This document shows positions 34,636-39,751 of a DNA stretch of 39,751 nucleotides, one piece after another. Position 1 is the first letter of the stretch. Each line of letters opens with the position of its first letter. The notes below the pieces were generated by a model. The model did no database searches and was not told the DNA's origin. It saw nothing but the letters and a program-made list of their open reading frames with translations. A program made the position numbers and the translations under genes. The stretch comes from Nemertoderma westbladi (lineage: Eukaryota; Animalia; Xenacoelomorpha): assembly GCA_032718475.1 (NCBI GenBank), contig JAUCBJ010005253.1:1-39751 (forward strand), read 5' to 3'.

Positions 34636-34880
34636 GGCCAGATTTCGCACAAAGTCTGACGACTTATTTCCAGTGCGGCTCCCCAGAACTTTACTCCCCA
34701 GAGGATTCTCTAGTACTCATTTAGCTTCCAGTTAAGGATGCAAAGCAGAGATGAGCCCTGGCTGGTCCCTTTAAAGCATTCGTGCCGAAACGAAAACTGC
34801 CCTGGACCATGTGAGGAACGAACCCACCACGACCTACGGGAAATGTGAATTCAATGCAACCACTACACCAAGGAGGAACC
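34636..34880 (-). mobile_element. tRNA-derived SINE, possibly with a Meta-like central domain
   Basis: A box TGGTGTAGTGG (34870-34860), B box GGTTCGTTCC (34824-34815), then GCATCCTT...AAATGAGTAC. The 3' boundary is approximate. Confidence 0.6.
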
Positions 34881-35470
34881 TAATCGTATTATTCAACCAA
34901 ATTTGATTTTTGCCGTTTGAAATTTTGTGCTACTTGTATTTTTCGTCATACACCAAACACCAAAAAGCTTTACAACGAATGATTTTTAACGAGTTGTATT
35001 GTGATCAGTGACCTTGAACACCAGTATAGTTTCAGAATTACCCAACCAAAGGCAAAAGTTGAAGGTATATAATTTCGGGGGCACCATAATGGCACCACAA
35101 TTGGGTTTGCATTACCAGAAATATTTATAACTAGTATATATATATACCCGTCACTGTGTTAATTGTGCTTCAGTTGGCTACATTGAGTGTAGAATCACAC
35201 GGTTTTTAACCGTCGTCATCGTCGTCGCTGTCAATATTACTGCTATTGTTATATTAGACTGACTATCAGATATTACGAACAGCAATAACTACAAACTCAG
35301 TTATTTCAACGGCCTTCGGCCTTTCAGTTCCAACCACAGCCTTTCAGTAGCCTAGCAAACGCTACCTCGAAAACTGTTACATTATACTACATTACATTAT
35401 TACATGATACAGAATTATTAAATCAAACACATTTTTCAGTTTGACATCTATTTACTTAATTAAATAAAAA

Positions 35471-35617
35471 TCCGGTGTGGGAGTCCGTCCCCTTTACCCC
35501 CACCAGGGCAACAGGGGCTCTGCCCCCCAGACACCGCTGGGGCAGCGACCTCAGACCAAAAGATAAACTTTACAATTTGAGCGCACCATTGAAATTAAAT
35601 TCCTGTATCCGCCCCTG
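35471..35617. repeat. Short GC-rich DNA-transposon end remnant
   Basis: Minus strand starts CAGGGGCGGATACAGGAATTT, a common non-autonomous element terminus. No partner end found. Confidence 0.35.
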
Positions 35618-36090
35618 GGTATAGGTGCCAGAAAGGGACCACAGCAAAAAATTTACATTGATTATCAGAAAAGGGACCGACGTTTTTAATTTTTTGATTT
35701 TATTTAAAAACTTAACATTTAACGAAAACGACATGAAAAACGGGTTTGATATTCGGAAAGCCAAGAAAATTCTGCATCTAATAGGAGTAAAAACGAAAAA
35801 TCGACCACTTGGTACCAAGGTCTTCATAGTACGGGCTCTGGCGGCGTTAAGCGCAATACCTTCGGTAAATAAACGAGACTATTATTTTTGGATGGAGGAC
35901 CATGTTAGACGTCAGAACACAGTTGGTGATCGGTATAGCTAATTTGCATTCTAGAACTACAGGCCAAAAACAAGCTAGCTAGCCGACCCCTACCTAACTC
36001 TATGTTGGGCCCTCTGGTTGAATATAAATGCAATCAATTTTTTCAAATGAACATTTTTCTTATAGAGGGAAGACCGGCGATTAATTTAAA

Positions 36091-36399
36091 TACAAATATA
36101 TCGCCACTTTTATTTTTTAAGTGCGATAAATTTACATGAGAACAAAATACTTTTACTTTTTTTTAAGAAACCAACATTTACATTAACTGCAATAAAATGT
36201 AGCTACTTTGGTTTAACACGTTCAAACATGTATCAAAATTTGCGCTAATTATTTCTGCATTCACCCATGCAACTCATTTTGGATGAGTACTAAATCCTCC
36301 TAGTCAATTAGCCCGATTATTATCGTTTAACCCATAATCAGAGAATATTCAGAGAAAGGATACTCTCTGACATTTGGAAATATTTACTACAGTTACTAA
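36091..36399. repeat. ~300-bp inverted repeat, partner at 39191-39486
   Basis: tacaaatatatcgccact...gaaatatttactacagttacta is the reverse complement of 39191-39486, with small indels. Confidence 0.9.
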
Positions 36400-36567
36400 G
36401 GTAACTAACTATTCTGTGAACGGCACTCCCTTACATGTATTACCTGGCGTTGTGTAGTTTCTAGGTGACTGACTGTATACACTAAACACGCAGGCACAAT
36501 CAAGTCGTTTTAAAGCAGCCCCCTGTGTTTTTTTTAAATAAGAGTTAGTAGTTTATGTACCGCCGAT

Positions 36568-37405
36568 GTTTCGGAATTTTAGGAAAATTAATATCAGGCT
36601 CTGGGTTTGAAGACATCATATATCAGTCCGGGCTTTGTACAGATGAGCTGATAAGTAGCATTATATCAACTTCAACACATTACAACCGGTGTTGGTACAT
36701 ACAGCCAATTTTCTGAGTCCCTTGAAAGGCTTATGTTTGAACGATTTGTAATAGAACAACCAGAACTGGAGTGGAGGATATCGAAATCAAAGCAAAATTT
36801 AGGTACTGATCTCGCAAAAGAAAAATGGGAACACGACAAATACATTTTGCAGCAGTACAGTAAATTTACCAATGACTGCAAATTAGGTGTTTACGGTATT
36901 ACTCTTATGTTTTGGACAACTTGTTACCTTGAAATATACACTGCAATCCAAGCTCTTCACTGCGCAGTACAAACAAATAACTACCATTTGAGATAATATG
37001 CTTGGAAGTATCTTATAGCATGGGCGTTTTCACTAAACAAACAAAACTATTCTCGATTTGGCTCATATTACATCAGAAGTTTAGAGACTATAGACATATC
37101 TCACCCAGGTTGCCGGCAAATTATTCAAGAAAAGGGCTTATCTGTCCAGGCAGAGGACAAATTCTTATGCCGCACTTCCATAGATCAACGAGGGGAGCAG
37201 ACCATAAACAAAGGTGCTAAAGTAGCTGGTGGTATCAAGTACTTTGCCACAAATGAAGATGCAGTACGTAAATGGACATTGAATCGAGCTGCACAAGCAG
37301 AAAACACAAAAGCTCTGTGCGAAATGGCTAATATTAAGCGACACTGAAGTATACAAGTTACTCCGTCCTTCTGGCATTTTTAAATCTGAAAAACTCATCC
37401 AACAA
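36568..37405 (+). pseudogene. Academ-like transposase fragment
   Basis: GKLISGSGFEDIIYQSGLC...HYNRCW, LERL, NYSRFGSYY, HPG, IDQRGEQTINK.AK..GGI, KWTL; frameshifted. Family assigned from recalled motifs. Confidence 0.6.
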
Positions 37406-38245
37406 ATTTTTGTTTTTGGCTATAATTTGGAATATAAGTACACAATTATGAGTTATGAGTTCTACATGACAGGTCAGAAAATTTTTTTTTCGCTATTTAA
37501 TATTAGTTAATACTAGTTAACAATAAAAATAACTTGGTTGCGCTTAAAACCCTAAGGCTTTTACAGTTTTGAACTTAATCACATGAAAGTTTTTTTATAT
37601 GATAGATCAAAGATGGGGCAATATAACTATCAGGCGAAATTTTGTTAAAATAATTCTGCACCGCTAGGTGGCGCTGCAAATTTATGCAAATTTTTAGGTT
37701 TTTTATAAATAGTATTAAATTTTATTAACAAAAAATTTCGAAACGTTGTCTGATACTTTTATGCAGGGTGGCTATCTAGACAGCCACAGAAAGTTTCAGA
37801 CTAATTACTCAAAAATTGTAGAAGTAGTAGGGTTTTGAAGTTGACAATTTCAAGAAAAAAATATTTGGAGATAATCGACCTTTCATTATACATAGTAATA
37901 GTAATAATAGTAATTTCAATAGGATTCCCTAAATGGAAACTGACATAACTTGAAAACTAAAAGAGCTATTAAATAGCGGTTTTCAGATTTTGAAACACCA
38001 TTCAATGGTGCATTAGAATAGACCATAAAAAAAATTTCGACATATTTTGGACCAAAATGGTGTACCCCCCCCCCTTAAATAAATAATTACAATTATATTG
38101 AAGTCATGACAATTTATTTTAGTAAATATTATTTTCCTAATTGCTAAAAATATTAGAACTTTGCTTCGGTTTTTGTCACAACATAATAAGCTACTGTAGT
38201 AGAAAAGATTGATAGCGAAAGTATAAATTCAGACTTTCAGAATAT

Positions 38246-39023
38246 CTACTACTAGGATCGTCATGCTGCATTGCAGCTGCATTTTTAAGAATGCTGTGCC
38301 GGCTTATCAACAAAATTGCACCGCCACAACTCCCTATCACCCATGAAATTTGCTAGATCATCCGCATCTTCAAGGCCAGTGTCCTTTAAGATGCGTCTCA
38401 AGAAAGTCATGGGCTGTCCACCATGCTTATTCACTCCACGAGGCTGCCAAAGTACAAGATTATGCACTGGCTGGTCCTCACGGCGAAAGCAATGTCCTGC
38501 AAAGCGGAGGCGATTTTGTTCTTGTGTCAAGCTTGGGGGAACCAATGAGACACCTCCAATGTTATATTGTGTCTGGTTGGAGATGTGTGCATTGTACTTG
38601 ACACAATGTACCCGGCGTAGCATTCTTGTGAATGTGCCATCCAGAGATTTGGTGTCCTCGGCAGTTAGAGCCCAGCATGGACTCCCGTAGAGGAGTACTG
38701 GAACTACTGCTGCTCTAAATAATCGGACCTTAAGTTTCCGATTAATTCTAGGTGACTTCCAAATCCTGGAAAGCCTATTCAAGGCTGCCCATGCCTTTCC
38801 CTTACGTATGCGAAGGTCCTCACCTGACTTCCGGATCCATGATCCCAGGTAACAGAAGTCGTCTCACATGCTCAAGCATACCATCCTTTGAGCTTATGCT
38901 CATCCGATCAGAGACTTGCTGAGGACTTTCAAAGTTAACTGTCAAAATTTCATTATAATGATCTAAGGACATGCGTAGAACGTAGTCAACAACAATTAAG
39001 AACAAGAATGGTGCAAGTGTCAG
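38246..39023 (-). mobile_element. RTE family B copy with 10-bp TSD and internal deletion
   Basis: TTCAGAATAT at 38236-38245 and 39024-39033. Intact 165-aa C-terminal ORF (38285-38782) and TAG tail. TLAPFLF...SLDHYNE is joined directly to ILTVNF. Confidence 0.9.
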
Positions 39024-39751
39024 TTCAGAATATGAGTTCCATCTTTGTATTATTTTTATAAGAATTTCCAACGATCTGTGGCTCAGTTTATGTATAAGCG
39101 CATGAACTTTGTATAATACAGTTAAAAACAATTAATATAAAGTAAGGAATCGCCTAAACTGGTACACAACATACAGTACATATAGTTGCCTAGTAACTGT
39201 AGTAAATATTTCCAAATGTCAGAGAGTATCCTTTCTCTGAATATCGTTTCCACGATAATAATCGGGCTAATTGACTAGGAGGATTTAGTACTCATCCAAA
39301 ATGAGTTGCATGGGTGAATGCAGAAATAATTAGCGCAAATTTTGATACATGTTTGAACGTGTTAAACCAAAGTAGCTACATTTTATTGCAGTTAATGTAA
39401 ATGTTGGTTTATTAAAAAAAGTGAAAGTATTTTGTTCTCATGTAAATTTATCGCATTTAAAAAATGAAAGTGGCGATATATTTGTACTATTCTGTATTGT
39501 ACTATTCTGTAAATATTTCCATTTTTTATAATTAGCCAATTTTAATTAAAAATATGATAATTAATTAATTAAATTAATTAATTAAAATAAAAATGGGCTA
39601 ATTAAAAATTCTATAAGATAACTTTTGTAGAGTCGATCACGCTGAGTCCAAAAAAGTTGGTTTCAAGAAATTTGGACCAAAATTGAGGGACTAGTAGCAA
39701 TTTTAGTGAAATCTTTAATTCCGCCGCCAGCCGCTAGGGGGAGGCTACAAA

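Larger units (their letters stand above)
33494..38074. mobile_element. Kolobok-like non-autonomous DNA transposon or transposons, compound
   Basis: Inverted ends G(n)TACACCAT (33494-33522) and ATGGTGTAC(n) (38057-38074) followed by TTAA. Left TTAA is not present. Internal direct and inverted repeats. Confidence 0.45.

Noticed and set aside
34810-34880. tRNA gene
   Set aside because: A and B boxes are present, but I cannot build a cloverleaf and it continues into a SINE-like body.
35625-35942. 105-aa ORF
   Set aside because: GTG start, AT-rich, and inside repeat-derived sequence; no homology signal I can recognise.

Overview
AT-rich eukaryotic (marine-invertebrate-like) genomic DNA, not prokaryotic. 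The only host gene I can support is a spliced minus-strand gene with five phase-compatible GT-AG exons (33397-33231, 6975-6819, 5803-5637, 3515-3328, 1338-1178). They encode a CUB domain followed by a ~170-aa Gly/Trp/Cys-rich extracellular-type module I cannot name. The CUB domain is split by a 26,255-bp intron that is largely a nest of transposons: an RTE LINE, three Gypsy LTR elements (one full-length with TSD), a solo LTR, a second LINE, a piggyBac-like MITE, two CRE-clade LINE remnants and short RTE copies. Upstream of the first CUB exon are a Kolobok-like element, a tRNA-derived SINE, an Academ-like transposase remnant between ~300-bp inverted repeats, and another RTE copy with a TSD. There is no CRISPR array, rRNA or intact tRNA. 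I found no clearly new biological system; the best leads are the CUB plus unnamed-module gene and the 51-bp array in a Gypsy leader. All family assignments come from motif recognition, not database searches.
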